From: Polyangium sp. y55x31
Lineage (GTDB): Bacteria; Myxococcota_A; Polyangia; Polyangiales; Polyangiaceae
Direction: 5' to 3'
Length of the DNA: 64,000 bases
NCBI RefSeq assembly: GCF_029946505.1
Contig: NZ_JARZHG010000009.1
Coordinates: 42,927 to 106,926, forward strand
The notes beneath the pieces are model-generated. The model made no database searches, was not told the origin of the DNA, and worked only from the letters and a program-made list of their open reading frames with translations. Both the position numbers and the translations under genes were made by a program. Below are positions 47,204-56,918 of the stretch, piece by piece (within the stretch, counting starts at the first letter, position 1; every line of letters starts with the position of its first letter).

Positions 47204-48034
47204 TCAGGGCAATCCAGTGGTGATCACGAACTTCGTCGTCGCCGAGCTCTGGCCGGGCCGTTCGATGCAGGACGGATAATACTGGCCCGCGCCGTTCAAG
47301 TTCTGGCAGACGTTCGCGCAGGGGCCGACGATGTCGATCATCCCGCACTCCTCGACGGTCCCGCCGGCGCCGAGGTGCCCCACGGCGCAATCGCGCTTCC
47401 AGGATCGCGAGTTCGACACGGTATTGCTGTTGTAGCAGGCGTGAAGGAACGGCGTGGGCGCCCACAGGTTGCCCCAGAATGCGCCTTCGACATCCGGATA
47501 CGCGGCGAGCTCCGGGCTCCCTGTGAGGGTCTTCAAGGGCTCGGTGAGCGAACGCATCGAAATGGTGACGGGCACCTCGTAATAGTTGACGCGGGCCGCC
47601 AGGCAGGCGCTCACCATGTACTGGCCCTGGGTATTGAGCGGACCCGTGGCCCAGCCGGGCGCGAGGCCGAGCTCGCCCCGATACATCTCGTCGTGGACCA
47701 CGTTCGACGCGTCGGTCCACGAGAAGGAAAAACTCTGCGCGGTGGTGAAGGCGCAGCCAATGGCATATTTGAGGAAAGCGCGGGCGAGGGTGCCCTTGGA
47801 TCCCGGATCCTCGATCACCCCGAGCGCAGCGGGATCGAGGGTGTTCAGCGCGATCCCGTTCAGGGCGATCCCGTTCAACGCCAGCGAATTGAGCGCGAGC
47901 GCGTTCGACGACAGATGGTTTCCCTGCACCAGCGCGACCTCGGCCTCCATGACGTCATCGGAAGTCTCGTCGTTGTAAGCAACACAACCAGGAGTCAGTG
48001 CCAAGAGCAACAGCAACAACGGCCAAGCTCGCAT
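47204..48034 (-). CDS. secreted pentapeptide-repeat / Cys-rich domain protein, paralog C
   Basis: ATG at 48034 with GGAGGTG SD. Signal peptide MRAWPLLLLLLALTPGC. ALALNSLALNGIALNGIALN repeats. Conserved C-terminal domain ...ACYNS.TV.NSR...RDCA.GH...ECG.ID.VGPC..VC..LNG...YYP.C...P...T..VITTGLP. Confidence 0.7.
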   Translation of the reverse strand: MRAWPLLLLLLALTPGCVAYNDETSDDVMEAEVALVQGNHLSSNALALNSLALNGIALNGIALNTLDPAALGVIEDPGSKGTLARAFLKYAIGCAFTTAQSFSFSWTDASNVVHDEMYRGELGLAPGWATGPLNTQGQYMVSACLAARVNYYEVPVTISMRSLTEPLKTLTGSPELAAYPDVEGAFWGNLWAPTPFLHACYNSNTVSNSRSWKRDCAVGHLGAGGTVEECGMIDIVGPCANVCQNLNGAGQYYPSCIERPGQSSATTKFVITTGLP

Positions 48035-48170
48035 GTGCACCTCCAAGGAACGGCATTCTCCCCGGGGCGGTTGGTCCGCGGGGGGTACGGCTCCGATGAG
48101 CTTTCGCTCGAAGGCGTTGCGCGGCTTGGTCGTACACCGCGGGCGGGAGGTGTCCCGGTCGAAACGGGAG

Positions 48171-49007
48171 TCAGGGCAGCGCGGTCGTGACCACGAGCTT
48201 CGTATTGGCGTTTCCGGCGGAGTAGGGTTTCTCCACGCAGAATGGGTAATACTGACCGCCGCCATTCAAGGACGCGCACACGGTGCTACACGGGCCGACG
48301 ACGTCGATCATGCCGCACTCCTCGATCGTGCCATCGTCGCGCACGTGGCCCGTGGCGCAGTCCCGGCTCCACGCCCGGGAATTCGCGACGGTCGCGCTGT
48401 TGTAGCAGGCATAGATGACCGGCGACACGCCCCAGAGGTTGCCCCAGAACGCGCCCTCGACGTGCGGAAAATCGATGAGCTCCTGGGATCCGGAGAGGAG
48501 CCGCAGCGAATACTCCACCGACCGGAGCGAGAGCAGCACCGGCACCTCGTAATAATTGACGCGGGCGGCCACGCAGGCGCTCACCATGCGCTGGCCATTG
48601 AGATCGAGCGGCCCCGTGGCCCAGGCCGGGGCGACGCCGAGCTCGCCCGGATAGGTCTCGTGGTGCACGACGCTCGTCGCGTCCGTCCAGGTGAACGAAA
48701 AGCTCTGCGAGGGGGTGAGGGCGCAACCGGTGGCATACCGGACGAACGCGCGGGCCAGCGCGCCCCGGTCCGTCGGATCCTGGATCGCCGCGAGCGACCG
48801 CGGATCCATCGCGTTGAGGGCGAGCCCGTTCAGGGCGATCCCGTTCAGCGCGAGGGAGTTCAGCGCGAGCGCGTTCGAGGACAGTTTGTTGCCCTCCACG
48901 AGCGCGTCCCCCACTTCGAGGACATCCTCGGTAAAGTCGAGTCCGTTTTCCGCGCAGCCGAATAAGAAAATCCCCGATAGTCCCATCATCCAAAGCCCGA
49001 TACGCAT
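48171..49007 (-). CDS. secreted pentapeptide-repeat / Cys-rich domain lipoprotein, paralog B
   Basis: ATG at 49007 with GGAGGA SD. Lipobox LFGCAEN. The same layout as C, ending VVTTALP. Confidence 0.7.
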   Translation of the reverse strand: MRIGLWMMGLSGIFLFGCAENGLDFTEDVLEVGDALVEGNKLSSNALALNSLALNGIALNGLALNAMDPRSLAAIQDPTDRGALARAFVRYATGCALTPSQSFSFTWTDATSVVHHETYPGELGVAPAWATGPLDLNGQRMVSACVAARVNYYEVPVLLSLRSVEYSLRLLSGSQELIDFPHVEGAFWGNLWGVSPVIYACYNSATVANSRAWSRDCATGHVRDDGTIEECGMIDVVGPCSTVCASLNGGGQYYPFCVEKPYSAGNANTKLVVTTALP

Positions 49008-49185
49008 ACATTCCTCCTCTTCCGGACGTCCGCCGGCGCCTTGAACGACACACGGAAAAACACGCGTGGGTCGGATCGCCGACGGGTTCGTGCTTGGATG
49101 AAGTAGGAGCGCAACGCGTTGCGCGGCCGAGCATCACGTCGGCCACGCAGGGAGGAAGGGGTATGCGGGGACGGGAGGGGCCCGT

Positions 49186-50025
49186 TCAGGGCAGCGCGGT
49201 CGTGATGACGTGCTCGGTCATGGAGGAATCCTGCCCCGGGTTCACGATGCAGGACGGGTACGCGCCCGTCTCGGGGTTCACCGGCACGCAGACCTCGCTG
49301 CACGGGCCCACGATGTCGATGATGCCGCACTCCACGACGGAATTGTCGGGGTTCAGGTGGCCCGCGGCGCAGTCGCGGAAATGGGCCCGGGAGTTCGCGA
49401 TCGTGTCGGCGTTGTAGCAGGCGTGGATGACGGGCGTCTCGCCCCAGAGGTTGCCCCAGAACGCGCCCTCGATGTTCGGATAGGTCGTGAGCTCGTTCGG
49501 GTCGACGACCTTCAAAGGCGCCTCGGGCGAGCGCATCGAGACGGTGACGTGCGTGCCATAGTAGTTCGTGAGCCCCGCGAGGCAGCCGCTCACCATGCGC
49601 TGGCCCGTCAGATCGAGCGGGCCCGTGTGCCAGTCCGGGGCGAGGCCGAGCATGCCGGGGTAGGATTCCTCGTGCTCGACGTTTTGCTCGTCGGCCCAGG
49701 TGAAATCGAACGTCTGCCCCGCGACGAGCGCACAGTTGACCGTGTATTTGACGAACTCGCGCGTGAGGTCGCCGTTCAGCCCGGGCTCCCGGATCGCCGC
49801 GTACATACTCGGGTCGAGCGCATTCACACTGAGCGCATTCAGGCTGAGCGCATTCAGGCTGAGCGCATTCAGGCTGAGCGCATTCAGGCTGAGCGCATTC
49901 ACGACCTGGACCTCGCTCGCCGCCTCCCCCACCGCGTCCTCCACCTCCGGGCCCACTTCTGCAGTGCACCCCGTGAGAGCCGCCGCCACGACCACGAGCC
50001 GAGCCGCACGACCGAGAACACGCAT
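49186..50025 (-). CDS. secreted pentapeptide-repeat / Cys-rich domain lipoprotein, paralog A
   Basis: ATG at 50025. Lipobox AALTGCTAE. (ALSLN) x5 then ALSVNALDP. It ends VITTALP. Confidence 0.7.
   Translation of the reverse strand: MRVLGRAARLVVVAAALTGCTAEVGPEVEDAVGEAASEVQVVNALSLNALSLNALSLNALSLNALSVNALDPSMYAAIREPGLNGDLTREFVKYTVNCALVAGQTFDFTWADEQNVEHEESYPGMLGLAPDWHTGPLDLTGQRMVSGCLAGLTNYYGTHVTVSMRSPEAPLKVVDPNELTTYPNIEGAFWGNLWGETPVIHACYNADTIANSRAHFRDCAAGHLNPDNSVVECGIIDIVGPCSEVCVPVNPETGAYPSCIVNPGQDSSMTEHVITTALP
49816..49905 (-). repeat. 6-unit 15-nt tandem repeat (gagcgcattcaggct, 4 central units identical) inside paralog A
   Basis: Read directly from the sequence. It is in-frame and encodes ALSLN units. 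The corresponding regions in paralogs B and C are degenerate. Confidence 0.9.
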
Positions 50026-50278
50026 GATTGACCTCCGCTCCTGCAGCAAGAAACCGACAGAACCGAAAGATGCAGGGTTTCCGGACATTCCATTATGTCT
50101 ATATGCGCTCGCAGAACGAAGCAAGCACAAAAATGGCGAAAATGGCTGTGCCGAAATTGCTCAACATGCGCAAGGCCCGCGCGTCAGCGATAGGAGTGGT
50201 GCGTCGGCGCACGATCACGACGCATTGCATACAGTCAAAACCGGATGCAGCCCCTACGAAACGGAAGGGAGCTCGCCG

Positions 50279-53200
50279 TCAACCCTGCGCCGCTGCAAGC
50301 GCGCGCCGGAGCCGATACGTCATGACGTTCGGGACCCGCGAGGCCACGTCGAGCGCGACCGCGAGCTGCCGCGCAGCCTCGTCGCGGTGGCCCCGGCGTA
50401 ACGCCGTGAGCGCCCGCGCCTCGAGGACCTCGATCCGCTCCTGACCCACCGAGCAACGCGCCGATCGCTCTTCGAGCTCGTCCCAGCACGCGTCCGACGC
50501 GTCGGTCGTGGCAAGCTCGACCATCGAGCAAAGGACCTCCTCGGAAGGCGCGAGAATCTCGGTCCCCTGCGCCCGCGCCTCGACCTGCGCCACGCGAATG
50601 GCCCGGACCATCGCCGCAGCGCTCGCCTCATCGCCGCGGTAGACGGCGACACGAGCCTGGAGGAGCTCCACGACCGCAGGTTGCGCCCCGATGTTCGGCC
50701 GCTGGACCAAGGCCGCAGCCGAACCAATGTAGGGCTCGGCCGCCGGGAGGTCGTCCATCAGGTAAAGATATTCACCGAGATTGTAATGCCCCACGAGCTC
50801 GACCAAGGGCAACCCGAGCTCCCGCCCGAGCTCGATGGTCCTTTCGAGATCGGAGACCATGCCTTGGCGATCGCCGCGGTAGCCACGCAGGAGCGCGCGC
50901 GGGCTGAGCGCGGCGCCGAGATGGAGAAGATCGCTGCGCTCCTCGCAAGCGTCGATCACCTCGTCGAGCGCCGCGGCCGCCTCGTCGAGCCGCCCGAGGC
51001 CCGGCAGGATGAACCCCAGCAGAAGGAGCGCAATCGTCCGCGTCTCGTAGCCCGCCTCCCCGAGCCGCGCCGCCTTCTCCGCCGCGGCCGAAAGCGCCCG
51101 AGCGGCCTCTTCCTTGCGATCGGCGCGGTGCGAGGAGCGCCCGAGCCCGAGCAAGAGGCGCGCGTCGACGAGCGGCGAGGAGCCTTCGACATACTGCGCC
51201 TGCGCAGCGAGGACGCGCTCCTCGGCGCGCTTCATGTCGCCCATCCAGTCGCAGACCATGGCCTCGTCGAGCACGAGCTCGACCGCGAGGAGGCGATCCC
51301 CCGTCGCCTCGGCCTGGGCCCGCGCGGCCGCGAGCTCGGTGACCGCCTCCTCGTGCTGACCCCGACGGAACCGCGCGAGGCCACGCGCGCGCCGCGCGAC
51401 CGCGGGCAAACCGGAGAGCAGCTCGTCGGCGCGGGCGAAGTAACGCTCGGCGTCCTGGTAATTGCGCCGCGCGCTCGCTTGCTCCGCGCCGCGGATGTAC
51501 ATGGTGCCGGCCCGATCGAGCAGGCCGCCGCGCTCGAAGTGGTTCGCGAGGATCAGCGGATCGGTCTCGCCCGCGCGTTCGAGCCATTCGCCGGCGAGCC
51601 TATGGCCGAGCTCCCGATCGTCGTCCGTGAGGAGCGCATACGCGCCCTCGCGGAGGAGCGCATGGCGGAAGGCGTACTCGTCGTCCGCGGGAAAACGGCT
51701 CTCCCGATGCTTGAGGCAAATCTCGCCGGAGACGAGCGCGGCGAGCGGATCGCTGCTCGGATCCCCCTCACCGACCATGTGCACGACGGCGCCGCGCCAG
51801 AAGACCTCGCCGAGGATGCTCGCCGCGCGCAAAGCCCGGCGCGCGCGAGGCTCGAGCCGCTCGAGGCGCGTCTGCACCATGGCCACGATCGTCTCGGGCA
51901 AAGCTTCGCCGAGCGATCCCTCGGACGCGGCCCGGACGAGCTCTTCCAGGAAAAACGGGTGCCCCTCGGAGAGGGCCACGAGCCGCTCGATGAGCGGAGC
52001 GTCCGCGGCCTCGCCGAGCACCTTGCGCGCGAGGCGGGCGCTCGCCTTCACGGAGAGGTGCTTCAGCCGGATCTCTTGGCGGCCACACTCGACCCAGAGC
52101 TGCGGGAAGACTTGCTCGACCTCGGGGCGCGCGGTCGCGACGAGCAAGATGGGTTCGTCCGCGAGCTCGCGCAGCGCCGCTTCGAGCGCGGAGACGGAGG
52201 CGCGATCGCCCCAGTGCACGTCCTCGACGACGATGAGCGCGAGGCGCTCGGCGCAAAGGGCGCGCAGGAAATCACGAAATGCGCGTCGTATCTGCTCGCC
52301 GCAGAGCTCGGGATCCTGGCGCGCGGCGCGGAGCGGGAGGCTGTCCTCATCGGGGAACGGGATGCCCGAGAGCTCGCCGAGGAACTCGGTCACGCGGCGC
52401 AGATCACGCTCGGGGACGTACCGCGCGACGAATGCGGCGAGGCGCTCGCGACGCACCTCGATCGGCTCGCCGCCCTTCACCTCGGCCGCGCGCCAGAGCA
52501 CGTCGGCGAGCAGGCCGAACGTGGAGCCGGCCCGCTGGAGGTCCCCTCGCCCCCACAGGATCTCGACGGGCGCGGCCGCGCGCTTGCGACGCTCGATGAA
52601 CTCGTGGACGAGGCGCGATTTGCCGATGCCAGCCGAGCCGGTGACCACCACGGCGAGCGCCGCGGGTTCGCTCTCGGCGTTCGCGAAGCTCTGCTCGAGC
52701 AAGGTGAGCTCGTGCTCGCGCCCCACGCACGGCGTGAGCTTGCCGAGCAGGGGGCGGAAGGCCTCGGCCGAGACACGCTCGCCGCGTAACTCGCAGCCGC
52801 CGGGCGCGAGCTCGACGAAGTCGAAGCGGCTGTCGAGCAGGCCCGCCGTGGTCTCGTCGATCGCGACGCGTGGCCCGGGGACGGGGCCCTCCATGTGCAA
52901 GAGCCAGATCGCCCGCTCGATCGCCTCGCCGACCGGCAGGCCGCGACCGAGCTCGCACCAGCCGGTGGTGACCGCGATGGGCACGCCCGGAAAAAACTCG
53001 CGCAGCGCGAGCGCGCACCGGGCGACCTGCGCCGCGATGTCCGTGGGCACGCTCGTGTGGTCGAGGATCACGACGGCCGTGCCGTCCGCGAGCAGCTCGA
53101 GGTGCGCGCCGAACCGCGTGACCACCGAGCGCATCGTGTCGGGCGTGGAGACCGCGAGCGTCTTCGAGGTCGAGGTGATCGGCGGCGCGGACGCGGGCGG

Positions 53201-54097
53201 GCCGAGCAGCACGACGCCGAGGAAGCGCCGCTCGCGCTTGCCGAGCGAGCGCGGCGGCATGTCGTCGAGGCCGTCGTCGCCGAGCGATTCGGCTTCGAGG
53301 GCGCGGGCGAGCGCGGCGCCGTCGCGTGGCCTTCGCGTGGGCTCCTTCGAGAGCATGCGCGCGACGAGGTCATCGAGCCACGGGGGCACGACGACGCCGA
53401 GCTCGAAGAGCCTCGGCGCCTCCTCGAAGATGACCTTCGCGAGCACCGCGACGAAGTGATCCCCCTGGAACGGCGGCCGGCCCGAGAGGCACTCGAAGAG
53501 CAGGCATCCGAGGGAAAACACGTCGGCCGAGGCGGCGACCACGCCGCCGCTGCGCGCCTGCTCGGGCGCGATGTAGCTCGGCGTGCCCATCATCGTGCCG
53601 GTCGCGGTGATGCGGGCGCTTCCGCCGAAAAACGCGATCCCGAAATCGAGGATCTTCGGCGACTCGATTCGACCTCCAACGAGGAAGACATTGCCTGGCT
53701 TGAGGTCGCGGTGGACGATGCCCTGCGCGTGCGCGGCGCCGAGCGCCTCGGCCACGCGTGTCGCGAGCGTGATCGTCTCGGGGACCGTGAGGTGCGAGCG
53801 CGCGAGTTTGTGCGCGAGATCCTCGCCTTCGAGCCACTCCATCACCAGGAATGGCTGACCGTCCGGCATCACGTCGTACGCCACGTAGCGGACGATGCCG
53901 GGGTGCGAGAGCCGCGCGAGGGCCCGTCCTTCCCGCTCGAAACGCGCCACGGTCTCGGGCGACGTGTCGTTCAGGATCTTCGCGGCCACGACCTCGCCCG
54001 TGGAGAGGTCGAAGGCGCGATAGACCTGCCCCATGCCGCCGCCCCCGACCTGGGCGTCGATGCGGAATCGCTGCGCGAGGACCTGACCGACTCTCAT
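50279..54097 (-). CDS. Ser/Thr protein kinase - AAA+ (STAND-like) ATPase - TPR-like fusion, copy 3
   Basis: Starts MRVGQVLAQRFRIDAQVGGGGMGQVY. Motifs HRDLKPGNV, DFGIA, YIAPEQ. Walker A VTGSAGIGKSRLV. Shares LEDVHWGDRAS with copy 2. Confidence 0.85.
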   Translation of the reverse strand: MRVGQVLAQRFRIDAQVGGGGMGQVYRAFDLSTGEVVAAKILNDTSPETVARFEREGRALARLSHPGIVRYVAYDVMPDGQPFLVMEWLEGEDLAHKLARSHLTVPETITLATRVAEALGAAHAQGIVHRDLKPGNVFLVGGRIESPKILDFGIAFFGGSARITATGTMMGTPSYIAPEQARSGGVVAASADVFSLGCLLFECLSGRPPFQGDHFVAVLAKVIFEEAPRLFELGVVVPPWLDDLVARMLSKEPTRRPRDGAALARALEAESLGDDGLDDMPPRSLGKRERRFLGVVLLGPPASAPPITSTSKTLAVSTPDTMRSVVTRFGAHLELLADGTAVVILDHTSVPTDIAAQVARCALALREFFPGVPIAVTTGWCELGRGLPVGEAIERAIWLLHMEGPVPGPRVAIDETTAGLLDSRFDFVELAPGGCELRGERVSAEAFRPLLGKLTPCVGREHELTLLEQSFANAESEPAALAVVVTGSAGIGKSRLVHEFIERRKRAAAPVEILWGRGDLQRAGSTFGLLADVLWRAAEVKGGEPIEVRRERLAAFVARYVPERDLRRVTEFLGELSGIPFPDEDSLPLRAARQDPELCGEQIRRAFRDFLRALCAERLALIVVEDVHWGDRASVSALEAALRELADEPILLVATARPEVEQVFPQLWVECGRQEIRLKHLSVKASARLARKVLGEAADAPLIERLVALSEGHPFFLEELVRAASEGSLGEALPETIVAMVQTRLERLEPRARRALRAASILGEVFWRGAVVHMVGEGDPSSDPLAALVSGEICLKHRESRFPADDEYAFRHALLREGAYALLTDDDRELGHRLAGEWLERAGETDPLILANHFERGGLLDRAGTMYIRGAEQASARRNYQDAERYFARADELLSGLPAVARRARGLARFRRGQHEEAVTELAAARAQAEATGDRLLAVELVLDEAMVCDWMGDMKRAEERVLAAQAQYVEGSSPLVDARLLLGLGRSSHRADRKEEAARALSAAAEKAARLGEAGYETRTIALLLLGFILPGLGRLDEAAAALDEVIDACEERSDLLHLGAALSPRALLRGYRGDRQGMVSDLERTIELGRELGLPLVELVGHYNLGEYLYLMDDLPAAEPYIGSAAALVQRPNIGAQPAVVELLQARVAVYRGDEASAAAMVRAIRVAQVEARAQGTEILAPSEEVLCSMVELATTDASDACWDELEERSARCSVGQERIEVLEARALTALRRGHRDEAARQLAVALDVASRVPNVMTYRLRRALAAAQG

Positions 54098-54395
54098 CCA
54101 GAAGGCGGTTGGCGAAGACCGTGGTCCGACGACGACGAGGTCCAGTTTGCCCGCACCGATGCGAGCATACGCGTCGCCGCGACGCGGATCATCTTCTCTA
54201 CGCGGTCCCGACGAACGTCACGCTCGTGGCGGAAGCAGCCGCACGAGCCTCCCGTACCGTCCCGTCACCTCCTCGCACGTCCCCCCGTTGACGGAGCGGT
54301 GAACGGATTTATGGTTCGTTCACGCCTCGGGCCACCGGACCGGCGAAGCCGACCGTGGCGAGGCGCTCTTTCCTGACGTCCCAAGGAGTCCCACG

Positions 54396-56789
54396 ATGAC
54401 GACGCTCCGCGACGGGGCCCGCGTGCCCTCTTCTCCGTTTCCCGTGCTTCCGCTCCGCAACGGGGTGCTCTTTCCCGGCGCGGTGATCGCTCTGCCCATC
54501 GGCCGCGAACGCTCGGTGGCGCTCGTCCGTACGTTGAGCAAGGGGGACGTGATCGGCGTCCTCACCCAGAAAGACCGTAACGTCGGTGATCCGGCCGAGT
54601 CGGACCTCTATCGCCTCGGGACGTTCGCCCGGGTTGTGGAGACGGGCCGGCTGCCGAGCGGGGACATGAAGCTCGTCATCGAGGGCGTGGGCCGCATGCA
54701 CCTCGGGCGCATCGTGCGCCGGGATCCGTTCTGGCTCGCCGAGGGCGAGGTCGCCGCGGAGGCGAGCGAATCGAGCGAGGAGGCGAAGCTCTTCGCCCGC
54801 GCGCTCTTCGACCAGGTGCGCGAGCTCGGCCGCGGAATCGAGAATTCGATCGAGCCGTCGCTCGCCGAGGAGGATCCGGGTCTGTTCGCGGATCGGGTCT
54901 CGGCGCTGCTCGGGCTCACGTCGGACAAGGACATGCGCGTGCTCGAGGCGCTCGACGTGGTCGAGCGGCTGCGCATCGTGGCGGGCTTCGTCATCGAGCA
55001 AAAATCGCTCTCCGAGGTGAAGCGCAAGATCGAGCAGGACGTGCGCCGCGAGATCGGCAATCACCAGCGCGAGGCGATCCTGCGCGAGCAGCTCCGGGCC
55101 ATCAAGAAGGAGCTCGGCGAGGACGGCGGCGACGACGAGACGGGCAAGCTGCGCGAGCGGCTCGAAAAAGCGAATCTGCCCGAGGAAGTGCGCGCGGTGG
55201 CCGATCGCGAGCTCAAGCGCCTCGAAGCGCTCAATCCGCAGCAGGCCGAATACAACGTGATCCGGACGTACCTCGACTGGATCGCGGAGCTCCCGTGGAG
55301 CCAGCGCGCCGATGCGAAGGACGACATCGACGCGGTCGGCAAGAAGCTCGACGAGGACCATTACGGCCTCGGCGACGTGAAGCGCCGGATCCTGGAGCAC
55401 ATCGCGGTGCTCAAATTGAAGGGCACGGCGAAGGGCAGCATTCTCTGCCTCGCGGGCCCGCCCGGGGTCGGCAAGACCTCGATCGGGCAATCGATCGCGG
55501 ACGCGACGGGCCGGCCGTTCGTGCGGATCGCGCTCGGCGGCGTGCGCGACGAGGCGGAGATCCGCGGGCATCGGCGCACGTACGTGGCGGCCTTGCCAGG
55601 CCGGATCATCCACGGGATGAAGAAGGCGAAGGTGAAGAACCCGGTCGTCTTGCTCGACGAGATCGACAAACTCGCGGTGGGCTGGGCGGGCAATCCCGAG
55701 GCGGCGCTGCTCGAGGTCCTGGACCCGGAGCAAAACAAGACGTTCCAGGACCATTACCTGGAGCTGCCGTTCGACCTGTCCGAGGCGCTCTTCGTTTGCA
55801 CGGCGAACGACCTCGGCACGTTGTCGGCGCCGCTGCGCGACCGATTGGAGATCATCGAGGTCCCCGGATACACGCCGGACGAGAAGGCGCAGATCGCGCG
55901 CCGGCACCTGATTCCGAAGCAGCTCGCGGCGCACGGGATCCCCGAGGGCACCTTGACGATCACGGACGACGCGCTCCGGGCCATCGTGCGCGATTACACC
56001 CGGGAGGCGGGCGTTCGTCAGCTCGAACGGGAAATCAAGAAGCTCTGCCGCGCGCTGTCCCTGGAGGTGGCGCGGGCCAAGGACGAAAAGCCGAACCTGC
56101 ACGTGGAGGAGAGTGATCTCGGGAAGTACCTCGGCAAGGTGAAGTTCTTCGCGGAGGTGGCGGAGCGGACGGCGTCGGCGGGCGTGGCGACGGGAATGGC
56201 GTGGACGCCGGTGGGCGGCGACATTCTGTTCATCGAGACGAGCCGGATGCCGGGCAGAGGTCGCGTGGAAATCACGGGGCAGCTCGGCGACGTGATGAAG
56301 GAATCGGCGAAGGCGGCGCTCTCGTACGTGAAGAGCCACGCGGCGGAGCTCGGCGTGGATACGTCGAAGCTCGAAGAGGAGGATCTGCACATTCACGTGC
56401 CCGCGGGCGCCGTGCCCAAAGACGGTCCGAGCGCGGGCGTGACGATGTTCACGGCGCTGACGTCGCTGCTCTCGTCGCGGCGCGTTCGCAGCGATACGGC
56501 GATGACCGGCGAATGCACGCTGCGCGGGCGCGTGCTACCCGTCGGCGGGATCAAAGCGAAGGTGATGGCCGCGCATCGGGCCGGCATCAAGCGGGTGATC
56601 CTGCCGCAAAAGAACGCGCGTGACGTCGAGGAGGTGCCGGAAGAGGTGCGGAGCTCGCTCACGTTCGTGTTCGCCGAGGACATGAGCCAGGTCATCCACG
56701 CAGCGCTGGAAGATCGGCACGCCGACGAAGAGACCGTCCCGCTCGGCAGCGACGCGGAGACGGCCGGCGAAGTGCGGGCGGTTCATTGA
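54396..56789 (+). CDS. lon: ATP-dependent Lon protease
   Basis: AAGGAG SD before ATG 54396. N-terminal LON domain. Walker A LCLAGPPGVGKTS. Catalytic PKDGPSAGVTM. Confidence 0.95.
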   Translation: MTTLRDGARVPSSPFPVLPLRNGVLFPGAVIALPIGRERSVALVRTLSKGDVIGVLTQKDRNVGDPAESDLYRLGTFARVVETGRLPSGDMKLVIEGVGRMHLGRIVRRDPFWLAEGEVAAEASESSEEAKLFARALFDQVRELGRGIENSIEPSLAEEDPGLFADRVSALLGLTSDKDMRVLEALDVVERLRIVAGFVIEQKSLSEVKRKIEQDVRREIGNHQREAILREQLRAIKKELGEDGGDDETGKLRERLEKANLPEEVRAVADRELKRLEALNPQQAEYNVIRTYLDWIAELPWSQRADAKDDIDAVGKKLDEDHYGLGDVKRRILEHIAVLKLKGTAKGSILCLAGPPGVGKTSIGQSIADATGRPFVRIALGGVRDEAEIRGHRRTYVAALPGRIIHGMKKAKVKNPVVLLDEIDKLAVGWAGNPEAALLEVLDPEQNKTFQDHYLELPFDLSEALFVCTANDLGTLSAPLRDRLEIIEVPGYTPDEKAQIARRHLIPKQLAAHGIPEGTLTITDDALRAIVRDYTREAGVRQLEREIKKLCRALSLEVARAKDEKPNLHVEESDLGKYLGKVKFFAEVAERTASAGVATGMAWTPVGGDILFIETSRMPGRGRVEITGQLGDVMKESAKAALSYVKSHAAELGVDTSKLEEEDLHIHVPAGAVPKDGPSAGVTMFTALTSLLSSRRVRSDTAMTGECTLRGRVLPVGGIKAKVMAAHRAGIKRVILPQKNARDVEEVPEEVRSSLTFVFAEDMSQVIHAALEDRHADEETVPLGSDAETAGEVRAVH

Positions 56790-56918
56790 CGATCGACGCG
56801 CCGCAGCAGGTGTAGGCAGATATCTGCCAAAACCCCGGCGGGCGGCGCGTCGACACTTCTCCAGCCATTCCACGCGTGCTACGTTCCCCGCCGCATCGGC
56901 TTGCGCGGAGGAATGGCA

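Noticed and set aside
49816-49905. Possible CRISPR or minisatellite
   Set aside because: 15-nt units abut directly with no spacers and stay in frame within paralog A. Classified as a coding tandem repeat.
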